Shown one piece after another: positions 8,908 through 17,210 of a stretch of 32,000 bases of DNA. The stretch lies in NCBI RefSeq assembly GCF_000018105.1, contig NC_009932.1, forward strand, positions 60,001-92,000, read 5' to 3'. Positions within the stretch are counted from its first letter, which is position 1, and each line of letters starts with the position of its first letter. The translations under genes were made by a program, and so were the position numbers. The notes below the pieces were generated by a model, which was not told where the DNA came from, did no database searches, and saw only the letters and a program-made list of their open reading frames with translations. The stretch comes from Acaryochloris marina MBIC11017. GTDB taxonomy: Bacteria > Cyanobacteriota > Cyanobacteriia > Thermosynechococcales > Thermosynechococcaceae.

Positions 8908-10299
8908 CCCTCTTTTATCACTTTAGACAGAGAGAAAATCAGGATGCTTGAGCAATTTCCTCACCAGTGGACAGCAAAATGCCTCCATCTTTGATGTGAG
9001 TTGCTCAAACCCCTTTTTCAAAGCACGGCTGGGAAAGACTTCTAACCAGCGCTTTAGAAGATTCCAACTGATTAACGGTTGAATGATCAAGCGCACATTA
9101 TTGAGCAGATTCTTCCACCCGTTTTGGTTATCCCACCAAGGATGCTGCGCAAAGTGTTGATGTGCCACTGGACAAGAGTCATTGAAGACATCAGCGAACA
9201 AACTCACCATCAAGAAAGCGCTCATCACTATCTCCCACCACTTTTCAATTTGTTCGTAGTGCGTCATGCGAAAATCAGCCCAACCCAAGGTATCTTTAGA
9301 CTGTTTGAGACCATACTCAATCCAAGTTCTGAAGCCATAGCAATCCCCAATTTCATCCAGCTTGATCTCGGGTGCCGCTGCCATGACATAAGAGGTTGAG
9401 TTCTCTGGTAGCGTTTGGGGGTCCGTGGTTAATAGCCAATAGCGCTTCTGGTGGTGTCGCTGGCCATAAATGATCTCTTGCCTGTAACGAGTTTCAGTGG
9501 TGCCATTGCTGAAGGTTCGTTCAAATGACTGCCACGGTTCGGCAAAGACTGCTTGTTCTGCGGGTAACCACACCGCATGATTGCTACGAATCGCTAGGAT
9601 ATAGGGCAGCTTTAACTCCTCTAAGACATTCACAAAGTTTGTTTGAGCTTCCCCATACAAGCTGTCAGCCAGGACGAGCTCAAAGCAAAAGCCCATCCCT
9701 TGCAACTGTCGGATCATTCCAGCAGCAATTTGGGGTTTGCTGAGATACTCATCCTCCTCTTTAAGACGTTCTCGGGGTTTGTACACTTCAAAGGACAAAG
9801 GCAAAATCATCCCTTGAAACAGCCCGTAGGCAGTGACTGCGACGATGCCATTCTCTTTCTTGCCCACATTGCCGATATACTGCCGTTTCACATAGTCGGT
9901 ACTCTTGCCTTTTTTGCAATCGCCCGTCTCATCGATCAATAGAATTAACCTGCGCCCATCCAGTATTTTCAAGATGATGTCCAATCTCTTGTCAGACAAA
10001 TGTGACGCTACCCAAGGTGATTCACTCAGAAAATGATGCAGGCTTTGATGGTTCTCCAAGCCCACTGCTCTTGCAATGGCGGGCAATGATTTACGTTTGA
10101 TATCACTAATCATCCCCAGATGGAGATGCTTGAAGGCTTCATAACTGCGGACTTGGGGAAATAACTCTGCAAATAGTTGGCAGTACTCATCAACAAAGCC
10201 AATGGTTGGTTCTGGACTTCTTGAAGCTGACATCACTCATTAGAAAAATAGAAACTGAGAATAGTCTATTTTTTATCTGTCTAAAGTGATAAAAGAGGG
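8908..10299 (-). mobile_element. IS701-family (IS4-superfamily) insertion sequence, 1392 bp, apparently intact
   Basis: Perfect 23-bp terminal inverted repeats: CCCTCTTTTATCACTTTAGACAG at 8908-8930 and its reverse complement at 10277-10299. They are flanked by a 4-bp direct duplication ATAC (8904-8907 and 10300-10303). A single transposase ORF fills the element. Confidence 0.85.
8923..10236 (-). CDS. IS701-type DDE transposase (437 aa)
   Basis: Full-length ORF between the IRs. Motifs LLIDETGD, LVLADSLYG and RTWIEYGLKQSKDTLGW resemble the D, D and E regions of IS701/IS4-type DDE transposases. Family assigned by recollection. Confidence 0.85.
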   Translation of the reverse strand: MMSASRSPEPTIGFVDEYCQLFAELFPQVRSYEAFKHLHLGMISDIKRKSLPAIARAVGLENHQSLHHFLSESPWVASHLSDKRLDIILKILDGRRLILLIDETGDCKKGKSTDYVKRQYIGNVGKKENGIVAVTAYGLFQGMILPLSFEVYKPRERLKEEDEYLSKPQIAAGMIRQLQGMGFCFELVLADSLYGEAQTNFVNVLEELKLPYILAIRSNHAVWLPAEQAVFAEPWQSFERTFSNGTTETRYRQEIIYGQRHHQKRYWLLTTDPQTLPENSTSYVMAAAPEIKLDEIGDCYGFRTWIEYGLKQSKDTLGWADFRMTHYEQIEKWWEIVMSAFLMVSLFADVFNDSCPVAHQHFAQHPWWDNQNGWKNLLNNVRLIIQPLISWNLLKRWLEVFPSRALKKGFEQLTSKMEAFCCPLVRKLLKHPDFLSV

Positions 10300-10571
10300 A
10301 TACAAAGACCACCATTACGGGTGCCAAGATTGAGCGATTAGATGCAGAAGCCCATGAATGGGATGTCAGGCTGTATGCCACCCAATACCGTTTTGATGGT
10401 CAAAACAACCTGATTTATAACCCCGTCAAGGTCAATAAAATCTTGACCTTACGAGCTGTGCAAGGGTTTAGGCCCAACTGGCAAATTGCCGATACGGACC
10501 TGGGCCGCATGATTGATGATGCCCTGCATTCAGAGCTATTGATTACCAACATTGTGGATCTGCCCACCTAG
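10300..10571 (+). pseudogene. 3' part of the IS-disrupted VirB8/TrbF-like gene
   Basis: Removing 8908-10303 joins ...CAC CAT AC to A AAG ACC... in frame (…SHHT-KTTITGAKIERLDAEAHEWDVRLYATQYRFDG…IVDLPT*). The frame stays open to TAG 10569-10571, giving a restored protein of about 225 aa. Confidence 0.7.
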
Positions 10572-10604
10572 AACAACCCAGAGAGCAAAGACAAGGAGCG
10601 AGAC

Positions 10605-11981
10605 ATGCCGACAGATAAACGCCAGGTCGAGGAAGCCAAAGCCATATTGTTGGATGACCCGGAACTCAATGAACTCTTAGAAGAGAACAAGATTTCTGAA
10701 GGTCGGCCCATCAACGATCTGGAGAAAATGGTCGATCCAGGGGATAAAGTCAAACACCCCTACTATCTCCAGCCCTGGTTCAGGATTGGGAGTATCGCCA
10801 TCCCCCTGATCATCATGGGGTTTGTGGGCTACAAGATTTGGGGACCCAAACCCCAGAAGGTGATGGCCTTGGGGGACAAGGATAAGCAGATTATCGAGCT
10901 GACGGAAAAGCTTCAGCAGTCTGAATTAGAGAAAGCCCAGCTCACCCAAGACAATATGGGATTGACTCAGGCCGCAGAGTTAGAGCCATTTAAACAGCAA
11001 CAGAAGCAGCTCAAGCAACAACAGCTCAAGCAGCAGGCTCAGAAACAACAAGCCAAACAGAAGAAACCCGTGCCCGTGCGTGGGAAACCCATTCAGCGCC
11101 AGAATACCGTTAGTATTCCTCGTCGGCTCTATCGCAACCCCACTCCCAAACGTAGCTATACTCCAGCTAAGCCCAGTCCTTCCCTACTGGCGAATTCTAA
11201 GCCTAGCGGCCCCTCCTTGAGTGAATGTGTGGGTTATGTAGAGCGGAATATCAACGTTCCAGGCTGTAACCGCTATCAGATCAGTCAAAAACCCCAGTCA
11301 TCATCTCAGACCGCTTCCATTGGCAAAAACCCGACAATCCCTCGTCCCGCCTATACCCCAAGACCCCAGACTAAGCCCGTTAAGTTGGCCTTTGCCAGTC
11401 AAAGCAAGGCCAAACCTCGAACTAAAGTAAAGCCTGACTATCAGGTGAACTTTATGGCAGGGGAGATTCAAACGGTGGATCAGTTTGAGGCTGAGTTCTA
11501 TGGTGCAGGCCAGAGCGCTGCTGCACCGACGCGCACCTCAATGAAGGCCAAAGTGATTGACCATGTGGAATGGATATCGCCCCAAGAAGCTCAACAGATG
11601 GTCATTCCTCTGAAAATTACCAGTGGACCCCACAAGGGCCAGACGGCTGAGGCCAAGATTCAGCAGATGAATGGTTTGCAGTTCACGGCTTATGTCACCC
11701 GCATCAATGGTCAAGAGATTGAACCAGGGACGATGGAAGTGAGGCGCAAGAATACCAAGTATCTGAGATCGCAACTGAAGCGTCAAGGAGGAGAGTCTTT
11801 CGGGGATAGAGTGATGGGGACAGTGGCTGCAATTGGTGGGGAGATTGCCACAGACCAGTTAGCGGATGTGCGGGGAGGGAATCACATTTCCCGACTGGTA
11901 TCTAATCCTCAGCGTAGGACCAGAGAGGTGACGCAGTATTGGCGGTTTGATGGGGAGGTGGAGTTGGTTCCAGTGGGGTGA
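10605..11981 (+). CDS. bitopic membrane protein with coiled-coil, Gln/Pro-rich linker and C-terminal globular domain; VirB10/TrbI-like candidate (458 aa)
   Basis: AGGAG RBS. One TM helix (IGSIAIPLIIMGFVGYKIW), a KQQ-rich coiled-coil stretch, a long Pro/basic linker and a ~140-aa C-terminal domain. Topology and position after the VirB8-like gene match VirB10. No diagnostic motif was verified. Confidence 0.5.
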   Translation: MPTDKRQVEEAKAILLDDPELNELLEENKISEGRPINDLEKMVDPGDKVKHPYYLQPWFRIGSIAIPLIIMGFVGYKIWGPKPQKVMALGDKDKQIIELTEKLQQSELEKAQLTQDNMGLTQAAELEPFKQQQKQLKQQQLKQQAQKQQAKQKKPVPVRGKPIQRQNTVSIPRRLYRNPTPKRSYTPAKPSPSLLANSKPSGPSLSECVGYVERNINVPGCNRYQISQKPQSSSQTASIGKNPTIPRPAYTPRPQTKPVKLAFASQSKAKPRTKVKPDYQVNFMAGEIQTVDQFEAEFYGAGQSAAAPTRTSMKAKVIDHVEWISPQEAQQMVIPLKITSGPHKGQTAEAKIQQMNGLQFTAYVTRINGQEIEPGTMEVRRKNTKYLRSQLKRQGGESFGDRVMGTVAAIGGEIATDQLADVRGGNHISRLVSNPQRRTREVTQYWRFDGEVELVPVG

Positions 11982-12154
11982 TTTGCAAATACTGAAGTAG
12001 TTTGACTATTCTGGGTTACATATTCCAAAATATATATTTTCTTCCCCCTCTTGAGATTAAGGTTAGGGAAGGGTTTCATTCTTCATTCCACTTCTGGTTA
12101 ATTTAATTTACACCTGGCTGCTTAATCTAAGACTGTCTGCGTTAAAGAAGCATT
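11901..12154 (+). repeat. repeat module copy a: 3' end of VirB10-like gene plus downstream spacer
   Basis: The last 27 codons (11901-11981) and the following spacer recur at 12745-12935 and, more divergent, at 16005-16221. The spacer includes a GGGAAGGGTTTCATT hairpin region. Confidence 0.75.
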
Positions 12155-12649
12155 ATGGCTAGAAAATCTAAGGATTTTAGTGAATTAATCCATCAGAAGC
12201 AGCGTCAAGAACAAAAAAACGCAGACTCATTTGAGCGGCTGCAGAACAAAGTCAAGGAAATTGCGGGAGAAGACGTTTCCCGAAACATGGTGTTCAACCC
12301 CCCGGATGTGAACAAGATGTCAGAAGTTTTGCAAGAATTAGTTGCACCATACGTACAGACAACCCCCAGTATTTCAGAGCTTGATAATTTTTTGAAAATT
12401 GCTGTTTTGGCTTGGAATATTGCCTTGACATCCCCGGAAGAGCGCCAAGTTGCACTAAAACAGATCTTTTCAGAAATGGCTTCTAGCACTGATCAGGACA
12501 TCATAGAGGGCTTGAAAAGCTTAGTCGAGGAACTGATTGAACGCAAAGACCACTATTTCTGGTCTTGCCAACGCAGTATTACTAGCTTTGATTTACAAGA
12601 TCAAGGGGATAGCTATTTTCTTTCAGTCGCCTCTACTCTTGAAGAATAG
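12155..12649 (+). CDS. 164-aa cytoplasmic protein, unknown family (paralogue 1)
   Basis: ATG ORF, colinear and roughly half identical by eye to ORF 16222-16716. Shared segments include MARKSK.FSEL, KMS.VL.E, IAV.AWNIAL, IERKD.YF and QGDSYFLSVAS. No TM helix or signal peptide. Confidence 0.65.
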   Translation: MARKSKDFSELIHQKQRQEQKNADSFERLQNKVKEIAGEDVSRNMVFNPPDVNKMSEVLQELVAPYVQTTPSISELDNFLKIAVLAWNIALTSPEERQVALKQIFSEMASSTDQDIIEGLKSLVEELIERKDHYFWSCQRSITSFDLQDQGDSYFLSVASTLEE

Positions 12650-12744
12650 ATTCCTGCTATATCAATAGATTTCCCTTCCAAGGGCCATTCTGTCTATCCT
12701 TTAACTCTGTCCAATTTTTCTGGGCCTACAAGCGTACCTTCTGT

Positions 12745-12935
12745 TCTAACCCTTAGCGTAGGACCAGGGAAGTGACGCAGTACTGGCGGTTCGATGGAGA
12801 GGTTGAGTTGGTTCCAGTGGGTTGAATAGCCTAAAAGAAGACAGCTTTTCTACCCTTCGATTTATTCTGGAAGTATGCATTCTTCTCCCTCCCTGACCAT
12901 GCGTTGGGAGGGATTTCGTTGCAGAGCCTCATTCC
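12745..12935 (+). repeat. repeat module copy b: orphan 3' end of a VirB10-like allele (pseudogene remnant) plus spacer
   Basis: 12745-12825 aligns codon for codon with 11901-11981 with 9 differences. Eight are synonymous third-position changes and one converts CAG to TAG. The downstream spacer aligns with 16053-16150, including the hairpin TCCCTCCC/GGGAGGGA (12886-12913). Confidence 0.75.
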
Positions 12936-13364
12936 GTTCAAAAAACCGTCCAACTTAAGGGTAATTGGACAGCAAGTTCTGTTGGATGTTTCCAAGATAT
13001 ATGTATCACAGGTTAGAAATTTTCAATACCTTTTGATTAGGACTAACTAAACAAAAACATAGCAAGAGAGATACTTGCTGAATATAGTGAAGTTTGATGC
13101 TCACGCGTTATATGTTCGGTTGGTTCGTCTTAAATTTTCAAGGAACCCCACGCTCACCATGTCAAGCAAGGTGGGGTATTAGCAGGTATCAGATTTATCG
13201 GACCTTTGAATTGTTACATCCATTGAATTCATAAAACCTTAAATTTTCTCGATAAATTAAATAAAAATATTCCTTCATTTTTAGGAATATATAGACACTA
13301 ATTCAGCTTCTCGATCTCAAACGCGAAATCTAAAAATACAACTCCTCTTGAAGGGAAGTATTGA

Positions 13365-13620
13365 TCAATGACGGGATGTCTTGAACTTCCGCAATGCTCT
13401 AAAGGGTCTAGTAAAAAGGTATTTCAGAAGATCTCCGAAAGGTAATTCGTATTTGGAATGAGAGTTGCTAGCGGATCCGTAGAATCTGCGTCCGCATGAT
13501 TTACAGCGATAAGGCTGAATCCGAAAAAAACAGAAGTACATTTTCATGGAATCCTCTGAGTCGAGATTCGGTAAGATAACGACTTCTACATCTAGGACAG
13601 CGCTTAACCACAGCTCTCAC
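13365..13620 (-). pseudogene. frameshifted double zinc-ribbon (CxxC...CxxC) small protein gene
   Basis: The upstream frame reads (V)RAVVKRCPRCRSRYLTESRLRGFHE. The downstream frame (ORF 13365-13547) reads ...FFRIQPYRCKSCGRRFYG.... The two join into one ORF if the A7 run at 13524-13530 (T7 on the coding strand) is shortened by one base. Confidence 0.45.
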
Positions 13621-13914
13621 TTTCGTACTTGGTTTAGGTAGCTTCGTTAATATTGTGGCAGTTGAGTATAGAAAGAGTCGTAATTTTCATGACATTCCTG
13701 TGTATTTTATTTGGAATGAAAGGAGTTTGAAGCACCAGTTTTATATCTCGGAGTATACTTCGAATAAGGGAAATATATTTTAAGGCACTCCATCGCTGGA
13801 CTGAGCGCTTTCTGTGTAGTGGATAAGTAAGAGTAGTTCTACCCGATGAAAATATCATCAGATTGATAGAGTTGGTGGAGTGATTGAAAGAAGCACAATT
13901 TGTCTCAATGAGCT

Positions 13915-14370
13915 ATGGCATATAACATTCAGACGCTATATGAAACAGATGTAGTCAAGTGGTCTTTGAAGCAGGCAAAACTACTGAAAGCTCGTAAGTT
14001 TGATTTGGTAGATCTTGAAAACCTAATTGAGGAAATAGAAGATGTGGCGAGAAGGTACAAGGACGTAATCGAAGGACAGATTGAAAATCTGCTGGTGCTC
14101 ATCCTTACTGTTAAATACAAGCCTCAGAAGCAAACAAAAAGTTGGGATAAAGACGTCCTGACCAGTCAAGCTGAAATCCATAAGTGGATTGAGAAAGAGC
14201 CCTCCCTGCATCGTCATGCTCTATCTAGTTTCAACTTTTGCTACAAGTATGCTCGAATAAAAGTATCTATTCTCCATCAGATTTCCCTTGCATCGATTCC
14301 TGAGGAATGCCCAGAAGATGTCAGGATAACAGCTTGGGAATTGATTAATAGAGATGATGGGATGGACTAG
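13915..14370 (+). CDS. DUF29-family protein (151 aa)
   Basis: The N-terminus LYETDVVKWSLKQAKLLKARKFDLVDLENLIEEIEDVARRYKD matches the remembered DUF29 signature (LYE.D...W...QA.LL....F..LD..NLIEEIE). Confidence 0.75.
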   Translation: MAYNIQTLYETDVVKWSLKQAKLLKARKFDLVDLENLIEEIEDVARRYKDVIEGQIENLLVLILTVKYKPQKQTKSWDKDVLTSQAEIHKWIEKEPSLHRHALSSFNFCYKYARIKVSILHQISLASIPEECPEDVRITAWELINRDDGMD

Positions 14371-14503
14371 CAACCTGCTGATCTACGAGAATTCAAGTTA
14401 TAGACCTTGATATGCAATCTGGCAGCCCTAAATTAGATTTACACCTCATGGGCTATTGAGTAGTCCTTCTCATGTACGCATTCATAGGATGCCTATTTTA
14501 GCC

Positions 14504-15244
14504 ATGTCTAATGATGGATATTTTGGTGAGGCAGTTGCTGAAACTTACGACAACGATGTAGATTCCTTTAACCCTGACGTAATTGAACCTGTCGTTGATT
14601 GCCTGAAAGAGCTTGCTGGGAATGGTAGGGTTCTTGAATTTGGCATTGGAATAGGCCGAATCGCATTACCCCTAGCAAAGCGAGGTGTTGAAGTTCATGG
14701 AATCGATCTTTCTGGGGCTATGCTCTCTAAACTTGCTGAAAAAACGGGTGGAGATCGTATTCCCGTCATTCAAGGAGATTTTGCTACCACGAAATGCGAA
14801 GGCTCATTCTCCCTGGTTTATCTGATATTCAATACCATCATGAATCTGACGACTCAAGATGCACAAGTTCAATGCTTCCAGAACGCAGCCGCTCATCTCG
14901 AACCTGGAGGACATTTCATTATCGAGGTTATAGTCCCTAGCCTTCAGCGAATACCCTTCGGTGAAACCAAGCATGTATTTGAATTCGGGGATGATCATTG
15001 GGGAATAGATGACTATGATTTCGTCTCTCAAACCTTAGAGTCGCATCACATGATGGTGAGAGATTCAAAAATAGAACTGTCCTGTATTCCATGTCGCTAT
15101 GTCTGGCCATCAGAACTAGATCTGATGGCGAGGATTGCCAATTTAGAACTGAAAGGAAGGTGGGGAGGCTGGAAGAACGAACCCTTTACAAATACCAGTC
15201 GTTCTCACGTCTCAGTTTGGGAAAAATCTAGTGATGGCGATTAG
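14504..15244 (+). CDS. class I SAM-dependent methyltransferase (about 246 aa; alternative starts 14456 TTG, 14489 ATG)
   Basis: Motif I VLEFGIGIGRIALPLA followed by the acidic loop HGIDLS, and motif post-II LVYLIFNT. This is a typical small-molecule Methyltransf_11/25-like layout. The substrate cannot be inferred. Confidence 0.8.
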   Translation: MSNDGYFGEAVAETYDNDVDSFNPDVIEPVVDCLKELAGNGRVLEFGIGIGRIALPLAKRGVEVHGIDLSGAMLSKLAEKTGGDRIPVIQGDFATTKCEGSFSLVYLIFNTIMNLTTQDAQVQCFQNAAAHLEPGGHFIIEVIVPSLQRIPFGETKHVFEFGDDHWGIDDYDFVSQTLESHHMMVRDSKIELSCIPCRYVWPSELDLMARIANLELKGRWGGWKNEPFTNTSRSHVSVWEKSSDGD

Positions 15245-15290
15245 ACGCCATTAGAAATTGCTGGCCTCAACCCCTGACATATCAACCCAT

Positions 15291-15320
15291 TTGCACCTCA
15301 AAGGTCATCCTGCCTATGTT
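15291..15320 (+). promoter_or_regulatory. conserved promoter-like box, copy 3 (orphan copy)
   Basis: TTGCAC at 15291-15296 and TATGTT at 15315-15320, with an 18-nt spacer CTCAAAGGTCATCCTGCC. It is nearly identical to copy 4 but is followed only by a gene remnant. Confidence 0.5.
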
Positions 15321-15354
15321 TCCTCTGTAGCTCATCTACAGGGAATTTCTGTTA

Positions 15355-15477
15355 GTGACCCTCACTGTTTTCAAGCGATGCCCTACTCCCATCGTTTCTC
15401 TGATTAACATGGTTTTCCAGACTCTTTATTCATCGATATCACACGTCAAAGGTTTTCCCTTTGCCACTGTTGAATAA
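15355..15477 (+). pseudogene. orphan 5' remnant of a hydrolase-gene allele (signal-peptide region only)
   Basis: GTG 15355 opens MTLTVFKRCPTPIVSLINMVFQTL..., compared with MTLTALKRCPTLIASILIAASQTL... at 17211. Nucleotide similarity runs from about 15285 to about 15430 and then stops. A stop codon occurs after 40 codons. Confidence 0.6.
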
Positions 15478-15985
15478 AATCAGGGAAGCCTGAGAACTGC
15501 TGTTTGGCTGCAGAGACAATTGAGTCACCCGTTGGCGGGCAATCGATACTTAGATTAGTAGCCAGCCAGTTACGCAATGGCTGAGTAGCGTTCCAACCTG
15601 AGGCTTTCTGGGTAAGGTCGTCCCACTCCAATTCGTCATATCCACAACCCAATAAGCGGCAGAATTCTAGCGAATTTGTAGCAAGAACCAGCAGTTCTCC
15701 CTCAGATCCAAGAACGATAACTGGAGCAAGCTCGGTATCGAGGTTATCTCGAAGCCAAAGAGCATATACGGAACCCGTAGAGCCACGGCCAAACACAGCA
15801 AACTGTTGCTGCATTGCCACGTCATTAGGAAACCAAGCCGCCATATCATCATCACCTATGGTACTAATCTCGAAGCAACCACTGATCGGATAACCATGAT
15901 TGTCCAAAAAGTCGCATAGGCAGCGGATTGGCCGTGGCATTATGACACCAGGTGGGAATTTTGATTCGACTTTATCTGCGAGCAT
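15446..15985 (-). CDS. SMI1/KNR4 (SUKH superfamily)-like protein (about 179 aa from ATG 15985)
   Basis: The core FAVFGRGSTGSVYALWL...APVIVLGSEGELLVLATNSLEFCRLL matches the remembered SUKH pattern (F..dG.G..y....... pV...dhE....va.sf.eFl). The longer ORF to 16066 would overlap repeat copy c, so ATG 15985 is preferred. Confidence 0.5.
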   Translation of the reverse strand: MLADKVESKFPPGVIMPRPIRCLCDFLDNHGYPISGCFEISTIGDDDMAAWFPNDVAMQQQFAVFGRGSTGSVYALWLRDNLDTELAPVIVLGSEGELLVLATNSLEFCRLLGCGYDELEWDDLTQKASGWNATQPLRNWLATNLSIDCPPTGDSIVSAAKQQFSGFPDFIQQWQRENL

Positions 15986-16004
15986 AATGGGCTGAAAAAG
16001 AAAG

Positions 16005-16221
16005 CAGGATTGGTGGTTTGATGGCGAGGTTGAGATTGTGCCGTTCTTTTGATTTGCTACTACCAAAGTAATTTGTCAGTTCTTGGATTTATTCTAAGAA
16101 TATGCGTTCTCCCCCTCCCTAACCATGCTTTGGGAGGGATTTCATTGCTCATTGCCAGTTCTTGTTAATCTAGTGTGCATCTGGCTGCTTAATTTCAAGA
16201 AGACTCATCAGAAGAACCATT
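16005..16221 (+). repeat. repeat module copy c: divergent orphan 3' end of a VirB10-like allele plus spacer
   Basis: 16005-16052 encodes QDWWFDGEVEIVPFF*, compared with QYWRFDGEVELVPVG* at the end of the 10605-11981 gene. The spacer carries the hairpin CCCTCCC/GGGAGGG (16113-16138) and ends ...CTGGCTGCTTAAT...CATT-ATG, as upstream of 12155. Confidence 0.65.
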
Positions 16222-16716
16222 ATGGCTAGAAAATCTAAAGGTTTTAGTGAATTACTCCATCAACAACAAGATGATGAACAAACAACCGTTCAATCCTTCA
16301 AGCGGTTGCAAAAAAAAGTACAGAAAACAACTGGAAAAGACCTTATTAAGGACATAGCCACTAGCCCAAAGGGCGTTGCCAAAATGTCTGACGTTTTGGA
16401 GGAATTTATTGATCCCTACAAAGAAACAACATCTAGTTTTGAAGATGTGAAATCCTTGCTGAGTATTGCTGTTTTTGCCTGGAATATCGCCTTATTACCC
16501 GATGAGGACCGCCAAGAAGCTATAGAAATTATTTTGTCAGAAGCTGCCTCTGGGATGAACCAAAAGAATCGAATGGAGTTGCAAACCTTAATCCATCAGA
16601 TGATTGAGCGTAAAGACTGTTATTTTTCAAGCTTTCAGCGCTATATTGCTAATTTTGACTTGCAGCCTCAAGGAGATAGTTATTTCCTTTCCGTTGCTTC
16701 TTCTCTCAAAGAATAG
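16222..16716 (+). CDS. 164-aa cytoplasmic protein, unknown family (paralogue 2)
   Basis: Same length and colinear with 12155-12649. The start contexts match (CATT ATG GCT AGA AAA TCT AA). Confidence 0.65.
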   Translation: MARKSKGFSELLHQQQDDEQTTVQSFKRLQKKVQKTTGKDLIKDIATSPKGVAKMSDVLEEFIDPYKETTSSFEDVKSLLSIAVFAWNIALLPDEDRQEAIEIILSEAASGMNQKNRMELQTLIHQMIERKDCYFSSFQRYIANFDLQPQGDSYFLSVASSLKE

Positions 16717-17085
16717 ACTTTATATTATCTTCTCAATCAGTGTGAATTAGATGAGCCTAATGCTATGGGCGCTGTGATGGGGAAGTTTAACCGTTCTCAG
16801 TTAGAAAAAGAGGAAACTTCTTTTTCCGCAATCACGGCAACGGTACGGTCTGATTCTGATAACCAATAGAAGCTTTTCAGCGCAGTTTTTATGTCTAGAC
16901 CGTTTTAGGGCAGTGCTATTACAGTGACTACATCTCTTAGCCATGAGTCTACCCAGACTTTTTATCTCAAGTCTAAAGGAAGAGCTAGATAGAGTCAGTT
17001 AAGAGTAATACACATACCTTTAAGCTGACTAAAATCTATGGGGTAATTTGCCTATCTTTCGTCATATATTTTTCTAGATTTTTTC

Positions 17086-17117
17086 ACCCACTCGTTGATT
17101 TCAGCGAGTGGGTTTTA
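17086..17117 (+). terminator. putative intrinsic terminator
   Basis: 9-bp stem ACCCACTCG (17086-17094) / CGAGTGGGT (17105-17113), a 10-nt loop, then TTTA. It lies about 370 nt after the 16716 stop and 30 nt before box copy 4. Confidence 0.45.
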
Positions 17118-17146
17118 TGCGGATATCTAGGTCACCAAGATTCAAT

Positions 17147-17176
17147 TTGCACCTCAAAGGCCATCTTACCTATGTT
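17147..17176 (+). promoter_or_regulatory. conserved promoter-like box, copy 4
   Basis: TTGCAC at 17147-17152 and TATGTT at 17171-17176, with an 18-nt spacer CTCAAAGGCCATCTTACC. It is followed by the hairpin at 17178-17200 and GTG 17211. Confidence 0.55.
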
Positions 17177-17210
17177 TCCTCTGTAGCCCAACTACAGGGG
17201 ATTTCTGTTT

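Noticed and set aside
10960-11070. CAG/CAA/AAG-rich repetitive stretch
   Set aside because: It is in-frame low-complexity coding (KQQQKQLKQQQLKQQAQKQQAKQKK) within the VirB10-like gene. It is not a tandem-repeat element or a CRISPR array.
13634-13858. 74-aa minus-strand ORF
   Set aside because: It has no RBS, a basic low-complexity composition in AT-rich DNA, and no motif. It may at most be a remnant.
16765-16869. 34-aa + strand ORF (MGAVMGKFNRSQLEKEE...) in the spacer after the second 164-aa gene
   Set aside because: It is too short, has no RBS, and has no counterpart after the first 164-aa gene.
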